DNA of 64,000 nucleotides from positions 3,940 through 67,939 of the forward strand of contig CAZHRU010000003.1 in assembly GCA_964535015.1 (NCBI GenBank). Reading direction: 5' to 3'. Position 1 is the stretch's first letter. Every line of letters starts with the position of its first letter. The DNA comes from an uncultured Verrucomicrobiota bacterium (lineage in GTDB: Bacteria > Verrucomicrobiota > Kiritimatiellia > CAIKKV01 > CAITUY01). The notes beneath the pieces were generated by a model. It had not been told where the DNA came from, did not search any database, and saw nothing but the letters and a program-made list of their open reading frames with translations. A program made the translations under genes and the position numbers. Shown piece after piece: positions 9,560 to 17,703 of the stretch.

Positions 9560-10648
9560 ATGATTCGATTAAGCGGGACGATCAAGAATTGGCTATTGAG
9601 AATGGGAGAGCGAATCTTTCTCGGTGCAAGTCTGCGGCAGGCGTATCTTGTAATGGGAGGGCATATATATTTCCAGACATTGAGTGCTGCCGTCCAATTG
9701 GACTTATTTACATTGCTGGCTCGGAAAGGGCCCCTGCGACGTGAAGAGATCGCGTCAATTCTGGGGATCGATGAAAAGCCGGCACGCATCCTTTTGTTGG
9801 GATGTTCATCATTGGGTCTTGTTCGTCACGTTCGCAGGGGGTGCTATGGGAACACGAGGCTTTCGTCCTTGTTATTGAACGCTGATCATCCTCGTAACAT
9901 CCTTGCCATTATTCGCTGGCAGCATTTCATCAACTACCGAGCCATGTATTATTTCGGTGATGCCATCAAGGTTAATCGGAATGTTGGGCTTGAAGTCTTC
10001 AAGGGCGGGGGTGCAACGCTTTATGAGCGGTTATCAGCAAACCCCGAACTCGAGCAGATATTTCAAGATGCGATGCAAGCCATTTCGGTCCAGGCAAATC
10101 ATCTACTGGCAGGGTCTGTCGATTTTTCACAGTTCAAATACCTATTGGATGTCGGTGGGGGGAATGCCACCAATATCATCGCGTTAGCCAGGTGCTGTCC
10201 AGGCCTTAGAGCTGCCGTCTTTGACTGGCCTTCTGTGTGCGCCATTGCGTCCGAGAATATTCAGAAAGAAGGGTTGGCGCAAAGGCTTCAAGCCGTATCG
10301 GGAAACTGTTTCTCGGATCCGTTTCCCGAGGGAGTGGATTGCGTCCTGTTCTGTCATTTCATGACCATTTGGTCCGAGGCCAAGAATAGAGTTTTATTGA
10401 AGAAGGCCTATGAGGCTCTGCCGACAGGAGGTGCTGCAATAGTGTTCAACATGATGCAGAATGATTGTGAAACTGGGCCTCTTAGCGCCGCCATGGGTTC
10501 GCCTTATTTCCTCACATTGGCAACAGGTGAGGGGATGCTTTACACATGGTCCGAGTATGAGTCATGGATGAAGGAAGCTGGTTTTCGAAAGGTCATTGTC
10601 CAAAGACTCATTCGTGATCATGGCATTATCATCGGCATAAAACAATGA
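9560..10648 (+). CDS. SAM-dependent O-methyltransferase (class I, family-2 OMT with N-terminal dimerisation domain; CrtF/COMT-like).
   Basis: SAM-binding motif LLDVGGGNATNIIALARCCPGL. AAGGAG RBS 7 nt before the ATG at 9560. Gene and flanks are ~48% GC against ~64% for the surroundings. Confidence 0.8.
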   Translation: MIRLSGTIKNWLLRMGERIFLGASLRQAYLVMGGHIYFQTLSAAVQLDLFTLLARKGPLRREEIASILGIDEKPARILLLGCSSLGLVRHVRRGCYGNTRLSSLLLNADHPRNILAIIRWQHFINYRAMYYFGDAIKVNRNVGLEVFKGGGATLYERLSANPELEQIFQDAMQAISVQANHLLAGSVDFSQFKYLLDVGGGNATNIIALARCCPGLRAAVFDWPSVCAIASENIQKEGLAQRLQAVSGNCFSDPFPEGVDCVLFCHFMTIWSEAKNRVLLKKAYEALPTGGAAIVFNMMQNDCETGPLSAAMGSPYFLTLATGEGMLYTWSEYESWMKEAGFRKVIVQRLIRDHGIIIGIKQ

Positions 10649-10900
10649 TGTGTACATATATGTGCGGATTTAAGGTTCTTGTTGGTGTGTAGGCTGGTGA
10701 ATGGCAATGTTGTGCTGAACTTATTAACATGTTTGTACATAGGTGCATTTATGTTAATCTTGATTGTTATTTGCCATACCAGATATTGTGGTGTGAAATA
10801 GAAAATACCATACATATTGATTTTCATGATTTGGCACTGCGATTGCTATAGGACCTTGCTGTTGATGATAGCGGTGGAACAACAATAGCGGAGGTATTGA

Positions 10901-12181
10901 ATGAGCAGGATGATGCAAAAGTGGGGGTTGGTGGTTGTGGCTGTTTGCAGTGTGGCCATGGTGGGTTATGCCAACGGGTTTAGGAATCCGCCGGAGGGTG
11001 CTGCGGCGCTTGGGCGAGTTGGCGGCAAGGTGGCGCTGGCCGATGATGCGGCTGCTGTGGCGCATAATCCTGCGAACCTGACGGAGTTGAAGGGGGCTGA
11101 ACTTGAGGCATCGGTGACTCTGATCAATACCGAGACGAAGTACCGGTCGCCGATGGGCGGTTCCACGACGGATGATCCCTGGAAGTACTTGCCGAATGTG
11201 TTTTATGCGACTCCGATCGAAAATTCCCGGTATGCGGCGGGCATCGGGTTGACCACGCCGTTCGGGCAGTCCACGGTATGGGACAAAGAGAGTGTGTTCC
11301 GCTATACGGCGCCGTATTTTGCGGAGATGAAGACGGTCAACCTGAATCCCACGCTGGCGGCCAAGGTGAGCGACAAGGTGTCGGTGGCGGCGGGGTTGGA
11401 TGTGTACTGGTCAAGCCTGGATCTCAAGCAGGTGTTTCCCTGGGGGATGGTGACGGGCAACCCATTGATCCCGGACGGGGAAGTTCGGATGCAGGGCAGT
11501 GGTGTGGGTGTTGGCGGCAATGCGGCGGTGACCTTCCGTCCCGTTCCCCGGCATATCGTGGCCTTGACCTATCGGTCCGCGGTGAAGGTGGACTACGAGG
11601 GTGACACTGATTTTGCGGGATTTCCTGCGGGCGGGGAAGTTCTCGGGATTTCGCCTGGCAGTGATTTTGACACCTCCATCGAGTTTCCGACGGTGGCCGC
11701 GCTCGGGTATGCGGTGAAGATTACCGACAACGTCCGCGTGGAAGCCGATGTGGAGTGGGTGCAGTTTTCCAAGTATGAAAACCTTGTCCTTGATGCCGGG
11801 CGCAATAATCCGCTGGTGCAGCGGCCGGGCAGTGTAAACCCGATGGCCCCGGTGGCGATTCCCCAGCAATGGGATGACACGTGGACCTATGGTCTGGGCG
11901 CCGAGTGGGATGTGCGGTCCGATCTGACGTTGCGTGCGGGGTATATCTTCCTGGAAAGCCCGGTGCCGGAAACGACGCTGGCGCCGACGCTGCCGGATGC
12001 GGATCGCCATGTGATTTCGGTGGGGGCGGGTCTCCATCGAAACGGACACCGGGTCGACCTTGCCTACGGTTACAGTGTGATCGGTGACCGTGAGGTTTCC
12101 CCGGAAGCGAACCCCGCCTATGCGGGCACGTATGAGACCAGTTCCCATTTGATGAGTGTGACCTATGGCTGCACATTCTGA
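10901..12181 (+). CDS. Outer-membrane transporter of hydrophobic compounds, FadL/TodX/OmpP1 family.
   Basis: Signal peptide. The family-typical N-terminal segment ANGFRNPPEGAAALGRVGGKVALADDAAAVAHNPANLT. C-terminal Phe (…YGCTF). Confidence 0.8.
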   Translation: MSRMMQKWGLVVVAVCSVAMVGYANGFRNPPEGAAALGRVGGKVALADDAAAVAHNPANLTELKGAELEASVTLINTETKYRSPMGGSTTDDPWKYLPNVFYATPIENSRYAAGIGLTTPFGQSTVWDKESVFRYTAPYFAEMKTVNLNPTLAAKVSDKVSVAAGLDVYWSSLDLKQVFPWGMVTGNPLIPDGEVRMQGSGVGVGGNAAVTFRPVPRHIVALTYRSAVKVDYEGDTDFAGFPAGGEVLGISPGSDFDTSIEFPTVAALGYAVKITDNVRVEADVEWVQFSKYENLVLDAGRNNPLVQRPGSVNPMAPVAIPQQWDDTWTYGLGAEWDVRSDLTLRAGYIFLESPVPETTLAPTLPDADRHVISVGAGLHRNGHRVDLAYGYSVIGDREVSPEANPAYAGTYETSSHLMSVTYGCTF

Positions 12182-13361
12182 CGTGGCGGATAAAGCGACC
12201 ACGGAGACTGCGCGTCCCAAGGTTCTGGTTATTGATGATGAACGGGGTCCGCGTGAGAGTCTGCGGATCCTGTTGAAGACGGAATACGACGTGTTGTGCG
12301 CCGAGTCGGTGGATGTCGGGGTTACGATGTTGAAGGAGCATCATCCCGACATGGTGATCATGGACATCCGGATGCCGGGCAAGAGCGGCATTGAGGGGTT
12401 GAAGGCGATCCGCGACCTGGACACGGCGGTGTCCGTGGTGATGTTCACTGGATTCGGGGCGCTGGAAACGGCGCAGGAAGCCATCCGGCTGGGGGCCAAC
12501 GATTATCTCAAGAAGCCGTTCGATGCCTTTGAAATCCGTGAGGTGGTGCACCGGTATGTGCGGCGCACTCAGGTGGAAAGGCGCCGACGGCAGACCGTTG
12601 ATGAACTGGGGCAACTCAATCAGACGCTCAAGGAAGAGTTGGTGCGGAAAGAGCATCTGGCGGTTCTGGGGCGGAAGTCCGCGGAACTGATGCACGACAT
12701 ACGGCAGCCGTTGACGGCGGTCACGGCGTATGTGGACCTGTTGTCCTCCGAGTTGAAGGACGTCCAGACCCATTTTGGGGACCGCTGGCAGGAGACCTCG
12801 GCGTACCTTGATAAAATCGAAAATGGCGCGGAACGGTGCAGGCGACTGGCGGACATGTGGCTGGACATCAGCCGTGGGAAACTGAACCGCGCACCGATTC
12901 GGGTTCAGGAGATTGGTGATGCCGTGGTGCATGACTGTCGTTCGCTGGTTGACGAGAGGAAGGTGGTCCTGATGGTCGAGATGGATGATGGAGCCACTGT
13001 GATCAATGTTGACAGGATGCAGTACACGCGGGCGCTTCAGAATCTCCTGGTGAATGCCGTTGAGGCGGTTCAACCTGGCACTGGACGGGTGAAGGTGTGG
13101 TGCCGGTGTGATGGGGGACAGGTTGAACTGGGTGTTGAGGATAACGGCTGCGGGATGAGTCCGGAGCAAATCAAGCGTTCGGTGGAGCCTTTCTTCAGCA
13201 CCAAACCGGGAACGGGAACGGGTCTTGGGTTGTTCATTGCGCGTCAGGCGGTGGAAGCGCATGGTGGCACGATGCGGATTGAGAGTGAGACTGGCAAGGG
13301 GACGAGGATCACGATAACGGCGCCCTGTGGTGATAATACAAGTAGTCAGAATCCAGAATGA
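12165..13361 (+). CDS. Hybrid two-component protein: receiver domain fused to HisKA/HATPase_c kinase core. Alternative GTG start at 12183.
   Basis: REC domain KVLVIDDERGPRESL...MDIRMPGKSG. H-box LMHDIRQPLTAVTAYVDLL. ATPase EDNGCGMSPEQIKRSVEPFFSTKPGTGTGLGLFIARQ. Confidence 0.8.
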   Translation: MAAHSDVADKATTETARPKVLVIDDERGPRESLRILLKTEYDVLCAESVDVGVTMLKEHHPDMVIMDIRMPGKSGIEGLKAIRDLDTAVSVVMFTGFGALETAQEAIRLGANDYLKKPFDAFEIREVVHRYVRRTQVERRRRQTVDELGQLNQTLKEELVRKEHLAVLGRKSAELMHDIRQPLTAVTAYVDLLSSELKDVQTHFGDRWQETSAYLDKIENGAERCRRLADMWLDISRGKLNRAPIRVQEIGDAVVHDCRSLVDERKVVLMVEMDDGATVINVDRMQYTRALQNLLVNAVEAVQPGTGRVKVWCRCDGGQVELGVEDNGCGMSPEQIKRSVEPFFSTKPGTGTGLGLFIARQAVEAHGGTMRIESETGKGTRITITAPCGDNTSSQNPE

Positions 13362-13393
13362 ATCACCGACGAGCGCAAAGGCTAGTGTGCAAA

Positions 13394-13420
13394 GGGAGTG
13401 AGTTTATTGCTCCCTATTCT
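13394..13420 (+). terminator. Putative bidirectional terminator hairpin between convergent genes.
   Basis: Stem-loop GGGAG-tgagtttattg-CTCCC followed by TATTCT. It is flanked by an imperfect inverted repeat cagaatccagaa / ttctgaattctg (13346-13440). Confidence 0.45.
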
Positions 13421-15117
13421 GAACCCTGACTTCTGAATTCTGAATACCCATCCGGTAATGCCGTATGGTTGATGGAACGGGCGAGATCGCTGATGGTGTC
13501 CGTGTCGCCTGAGAAGAAGGCGCCGAGGGCCGTGTCACGGAAGAGGCCAGCCTCCATGCCGGCCTGAACGCTCATCAGGTAGGTTTCGTCGCTGATGGAG
13601 GTGGGGATTCCGAGGCGACCGACTTTGCGGGCGAATGCGCCTGTCATCCCCAGCACCTTGCGGTAGGAGCGCCCGTCAATTTCGATGGGCATGGAGTTCC
13701 AGAAGCGGGGAGGCAACTGGAGTTTGACTTTCCAGGTCATGGCTACGTTGAGGTACTGGTCGGGGTCGGCGAACCGGATACGGTACTGGTCGGGCGACTG
13801 GAACCAGGCGGTTCGTGGGGCGACGATGGGTGCCTGAAGCATGAGGGAATGGAGTCCGACATTTTGAAGCAAGGTGAGAGTCTCCGCTTCCGACTGAGCG
13901 GTTTCGCCTGGACAGGGGAAGATCACGCTGCCGACGGTGAAGATTCCTGCGGCCTTGCATCGGAGGAGGGCGCGCCGGGTATCCTCGACCCGAATGCCTT
14001 TGCGTAGCGCATCCAGGATGGGTTGGGAGCCGGACTCGATGCCAAAGAAGAGGGAGACGCATCCGGACCGGCGAATGGTTTCAAAATCCGCGTCATCGGC
14101 TTCCCGGATATGGGCGAAGGAGGCGTAGCGCAGGGGGAGTTTTTCGTTCAAGGTGGCCCGTGCGAATTCGTTAAGGAGGGTATAGGGCGTGCAGGAGCCT
14201 GCGAAACGGAAGGCCCGGATCCCGTACCGGTGATCCAAGTCCCTGACTTCCGCCAGGAGGCGGGTAATACTTTTGAGGCGGACGCTCTTGTTGCTTTTCA
14301 CGGGGTGGACGCAGAAGGTGCAGGCGTTGCGGCAACCGCGGCTTTCGTCGATCACCATGATTTTGATTTTCTCGTCGCCCGCCATGGCGGGATAGACGGC
14401 GGGGTCGTAGATGGGGAGGGGAAGGTCGTCCAGATTGGCCACCATGAGTTCGTCGGTAAAGCGGATAGTGCCGCCGGGTTCCATGAAGATCAAATTGGGG
14501 ATTTCGCCCAGGGTCTTGTTTTCGGCGCCGTGGCGAGCGAGCATGACGATGGTGTGTTCGCCCTCGCCGTGGGCGAGGGCGTCGAAGACGGGGTAGCGGC
14601 GCAGGATGCGGTCCATAAAGAGATCCACATGCGGACCGCCGCCGAAGATGCGGAGGTGCGGGTGGCGATGACGCAGGATGGAGGCGAGGCGGGCGGAGCC
14701 CTCGAGGCCATCGCCATTCCAGAGTTTAAAGCCCACGGCATCGATGTGGTGTTCTTCGACGGCATCGGAAAGTTCGGCGCCGATGATCTCAATGGCCTGT
14801 TGCTGGAGGTGGCGGCGTTCGGTTTCGGCGCGTTGCAGAATCGGCAGGGCGACCAGGCGGCGCAGGGCGGTTAGAGGGCCGGGGTCCGGTTGGCGGAGGG
14901 CCTGCCACTCGCGGGCGAGGCGATGGCGGAGATCTGGGGAGGTCATCCGGCGAATCGTTCCGACGGTAGAGAAGTCGAGGATGCGGACGGTGCGACCGTC
15001 CTTGAAGAGGGCGCCGGCCAGGTTGGCCAGGCCGTTGTCGGGCATCAGGCTGTTGGGTGCGAACGGATACCCGGCATAGTTGACGAGCAGCCAGTTCTGG
15101 AGTGGTTTAGTCGGCAT
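13414..15117 (-). CDS. B12-binding-domain radical SAM enzyme (class B radical SAM; methyltransferase or other cobalamin-dependent radical enzyme).
   Basis: CxxxCxxC motif CRNACTFC. Rossmann-like N-terminal cobalamin-binding domain. 3-nt spacing from the upstream paralogue. Confidence 0.8.
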   Translation of the reverse strand: MPTKPLQNWLLVNYAGYPFAPNSLMPDNGLANLAGALFKDGRTVRILDFSTVGTIRRMTSPDLRHRLAREWQALRQPDPGPLTALRRLVALPILQRAETERRHLQQQAIEIIGAELSDAVEEHHIDAVGFKLWNGDGLEGSARLASILRHRHPHLRIFGGGPHVDLFMDRILRRYPVFDALAHGEGEHTIVMLARHGAENKTLGEIPNLIFMEPGGTIRFTDELMVANLDDLPLPIYDPAVYPAMAGDEKIKIMVIDESRGCRNACTFCVHPVKSNKSVRLKSITRLLAEVRDLDHRYGIRAFRFAGSCTPYTLLNEFARATLNEKLPLRYASFAHIREADDADFETIRRSGCVSLFFGIESGSQPILDALRKGIRVEDTRRALLRCKAAGIFTVGSVIFPCPGETAQSEAETLTLLQNVGLHSLMLQAPIVAPRTAWFQSPDQYRIRFADPDQYLNVAMTWKVKLQLPPRFWNSMPIEIDGRSYRKVLGMTGAFARKVGRLGIPTSISDETYLMSVQAGMEAGLFRDTALGAFFSGDTDTISDLARSINHTALPDGYSEFRSQGSE

Positions 15118-15120
15118 ACG

Positions 15121-16800
15121 TTATCCGATCCTGTCCGGTCGTGAAGTCTGTTGATCTGCCTGGCGGACCAGGTTTAGCAAGGCGGCGCCGCCATCATCCG
15201 GAAGTTGTTTCAGGCGGTTTTTCTGGAAGGCGTCGCGAAACTCCATGATGCGTCTGGTTTCGGGGACGGGCCACTCGGGGGGGAAATGTTCCAGGTACAG
15301 GTGGGAGGGTCCGGAGACGCGTTCAAAGATCGTGCGCATTGCCTCGCGGGCCTCGGTCGAATCCATGGTGTTGTGCGACCATGTTTCGCCGGTTCCCTTC
15401 AGGCCGAATTCCTCGCGGCGTTCGGGGGTGGCGGCGGGGCAGAGGGGGACGACTTCGAAACGGAACATGTAGTAGCGATGGATGGCGCGGGCGTTGCCGC
15501 CGGAAGGCATTGAGGAGATGAGATCTGCCGTGTTTTGGATCGAGGCGGCACACTCGCCGGGGAAGCCGACCAGGAATGTGCATTGGGTACCGATGCCGTG
15601 CCGGTCCAGGAGGGTGATGGCGCGCAGGGCCTTTTCGGGGTCAAGGTGTTTTCGCATATTGTGCAACACGGTTGGGTCGCCGGATTCGATGCCGACGAGG
15701 CATTCGCGGCAGCCGGACTCGGCCATGAGTGCGGCGGCTTCCTCATCGATGGCGTCGGCCCGGATGAAAGCACGCCAGGTCAGGCCGAGGTTTGCCTTGA
15801 CGAGAGCGCGCGTGAATTGTGTGATCCGGTTACGGGTGACGGCCAGGTTATCGTCGGTAAAGAAGACGCGGCGCGGCGCCGGCATGGCTGCGGACAAGGT
15901 GCTCAGCTCGCTGAGGAGGCTATCGACTGAGCGCAGGCGGGGTTCATAGAGGCCCATGAAGTCGCAGAACTCACAACGGAACGGGCATCCCATGGCGGTG
16001 CGGATGGGGGCCTCGAAATGCTTGAGACGGTCCGTGTGCTGACGCCAGTCCACGATACTGCCGTCGATATCGCTGGTTTCCGGGACGGTCGAGTTGAAGT
16101 GGTAACCGGAAGGTTTTGGGATGGCGAGGTTGGGGAGATCGCGGAAGTCCCTGTCTTCGGCGAGGCGGCGGGCAATGGCGGCAAGGGTATTTTCGCCACC
16201 TTCGCTGACGATGAGCGCATCCAGGTCGAGATCGCGGGAAGCGTCGACGAGGAAATAGTGTTCGGCGACTTCACCGGGTGACATTCCGCTGAGTCTGCCT
16301 TCCTGCAGCAGTTTGCGGGCGCGCAGGCCTTTGCGGACTCCGACGCCGCCGGCGACGATGGGGATGCCCGGGGCGGCGGCCTTGAGGCGTTGGGCGGCAT
16401 TACGGATGAGGGTGGCGCCGTGCGACCCGGGCAACCAGGTGGTGGACAGGGCGATCAGCCGGACGCCGTTGGCAATGGCCGCATGGACGGTATCCATGCC
16501 GGTTTCGAGGCATGGAATTTCCAGCAGATTCAACCCGAGGCGGGCCATGTGATCCTTCAGGAATGGGCCGGTGAGGACAGGGGAGGTGCCCATGGAGGCC
16601 CGGATGCGTGCCAGGTGTTGGAAGGCGGCCTGCGGATCGGGACTGGCCAAGGCGCGGAGGACTGGGAATGAAGCCACTTGATTGTGGAGTTCGAGGCGCA
16701 AGGGTTTGTAGACGGCGGGATCGCCGGTGTCACGGGGCGCCAAAATCTGTGAGATAAACAGAATGTCAATTGTAGACACTGGTTTCCTCCGCACATCCAA
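15121..16800 (-). CDS. B12-binding-domain radical SAM enzyme (paralogue of the downstream gene).
   Basis: CxxxCxxC motif GCPFRCEFCDF. N-terminal B12-binding domain ...IALSTTWLPG...PIVAGGVG. Own promoter region 16801-16932, which is lower in GC. Confidence 0.8.
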   Translation of the reverse strand: MDVRRKPVSTIDILFISQILAPRDTGDPAVYKPLRLELHNQVASFPVLRALASPDPQAAFQHLARIRASMGTSPVLTGPFLKDHMARLGLNLLEIPCLETGMDTVHAAIANGVRLIALSTTWLPGSHGATLIRNAAQRLKAAAPGIPIVAGGVGVRKGLRARKLLQEGRLSGMSPGEVAEHYFLVDASRDLDLDALIVSEGGENTLAAIARRLAEDRDFRDLPNLAIPKPSGYHFNSTVPETSDIDGSIVDWRQHTDRLKHFEAPIRTAMGCPFRCEFCDFMGLYEPRLRSVDSLLSELSTLSAAMPAPRRVFFTDDNLAVTRNRITQFTRALVKANLGLTWRAFIRADAIDEEAAALMAESGCRECLVGIESGDPTVLHNMRKHLDPEKALRAITLLDRHGIGTQCTFLVGFPGECAASIQNTADLISSMPSGGNARAIHRYYMFRFEVVPLCPAATPERREEFGLKGTGETWSHNTMDSTEAREAMRTIFERVSGPSHLYLEHFPPEWPVPETRRIMEFRDAFQKNRLKQLPDDGGAALLNLVRQADQQTSRPDRIG

Positions 16801-16932
16801 TGATGTTCATATTTCCGCAGAATGTCAACGAGAAGCCCCCGATCTGGTGAGGGGTTATTGTTGAAGTTTGACTGCCATAAGGGGTTAAGACGGCGAGTAT
16901 CTGCAGGATTCTCAACATGGGCGCAGGCGCTT

Positions 16933-17703
16933 TCAGGTCCGGCCGCCCAGGACAGCGGTCACGGCTTTCAACAGGTCGGGGGGGGTGCTGGAGCTTACAA
17001 ACCTGTCCACATTGGTAAACTTGGCGTCGGGGTTGTGGAGCCCGCTGGAGTCATAGACGATGACGGAAATACCGCTGGCATTGGTGAAGGGTGCCAGGCT
17101 GGCGGCGATAGAACTGCCCGCCATTCCGGGCAGCATTTCCTTCAGCAGGATCACATCCGGGGTTCGTGCCTGCAGGGATTCAACCAATGTCGAGTTATCG
17201 TGCAGGATGGTGGTTTCGTAGCCGGCGGCGGTGAAGAAGCTACGCAGGCGCATGGAAAGGCGAGGCTCGTCTTCGATGATCATCAAATGGGGATGGTGGT
17301 GGTGCGCGTTACAATTCCGGCCGGCCTTTTTGTGTTTGAGCAGGATGCGTTCGATCTCCCGTGTCAAGAGCGTTGGATCGCAGGTTTTGGCGAGGAATCC
17401 CTCGACGGCGGTATCGGCGAAGAACTGTTCCATATTGGCACGTGCCGTGAAGACCAGGACGGGGTAGCGGGGTTTCTCGTCGGCGCCGGAAATTCTTTTC
17501 AGGAAGGCGAGGCCGGTCATTCCGGGCATGCTGATATCCAGGATGATCAGGTCGGGGGTGAGCGTCCGCAGGACTTGCAGGGCCTGGTCGCCGGTTTCGG
17601 CGGTGACGACCTCATAGCCGTCCAGGCGGAGTTGGTCGCCGACACTAAGGAGGACAGCGGGGTCGTCGTCCACGAGTAGAATCCGGTCCTGTGTGGTGGT
17701 CAT
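16933..17703 (-). CDS. Response regulator consisting of two tandem receiver domains, with no output domain.
   Basis: REC1 LLVDDDPAVLL...ILDISMPGMTG. His-rich linker HHHHPH. REC2 LMIIEDEPRLS. 4-nt overlap with the upstream hybrid kinase. Confidence 0.8.
   Translation of the reverse strand: MTTTQDRILLVDDDPAVLLSVGDQLRLDGYEVVTAETGDQALQVLRTLTPDLIILDISMPGMTGLAFLKRISGADEKPRYPVLVFTARANMEQFFADTAVEGFLAKTCDPTLLTREIERILLKHKKAGRNCNAHHHHPHLMIIEDEPRLSMRLRSFFTAAGYETTILHDNSTLVESLQARTPDVILLKEMLPGMAGSSIAASLAPFTNASGISVIVYDSSGLHNPDAKFTNVDRFVSSSTPPDLLKAVTAVLGGRT

Noticed and set aside
8080-9789. 5'-extended versions of many tracked ORFs (KAS 569 aa, SIMPL 301 aa, PyrC 696 aa, RnpA 174 aa, YidC 640 aa, GpsA 368 aa, Amt 488 aa, GlnK 137 aa, porin 308 aa, FKP 1042 aa, etc.).
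   Set aside because: Conserved family N-termini, signal peptides and RBS positions indicate internal start codons. The extensions are low-complexity read-through of upstream intergenic DNA.
16763-16830. Direct repeat TTGACATTCTG (minus strand) flanking the start of the second radical-SAM gene; considered as a -35 box or operator.
   Set aside because: One copy is inside the coding sequence (codons I-D-I-L) and no convincing -10 element sits at the right spacing. Possibly coincidental; kept only as a note.
16801-16932. Checked for a cobalamin riboswitch upstream of the B12-radical-SAM genes.
   Set aside because: No B12-box-like conserved core was visible in the 132-nt leader.
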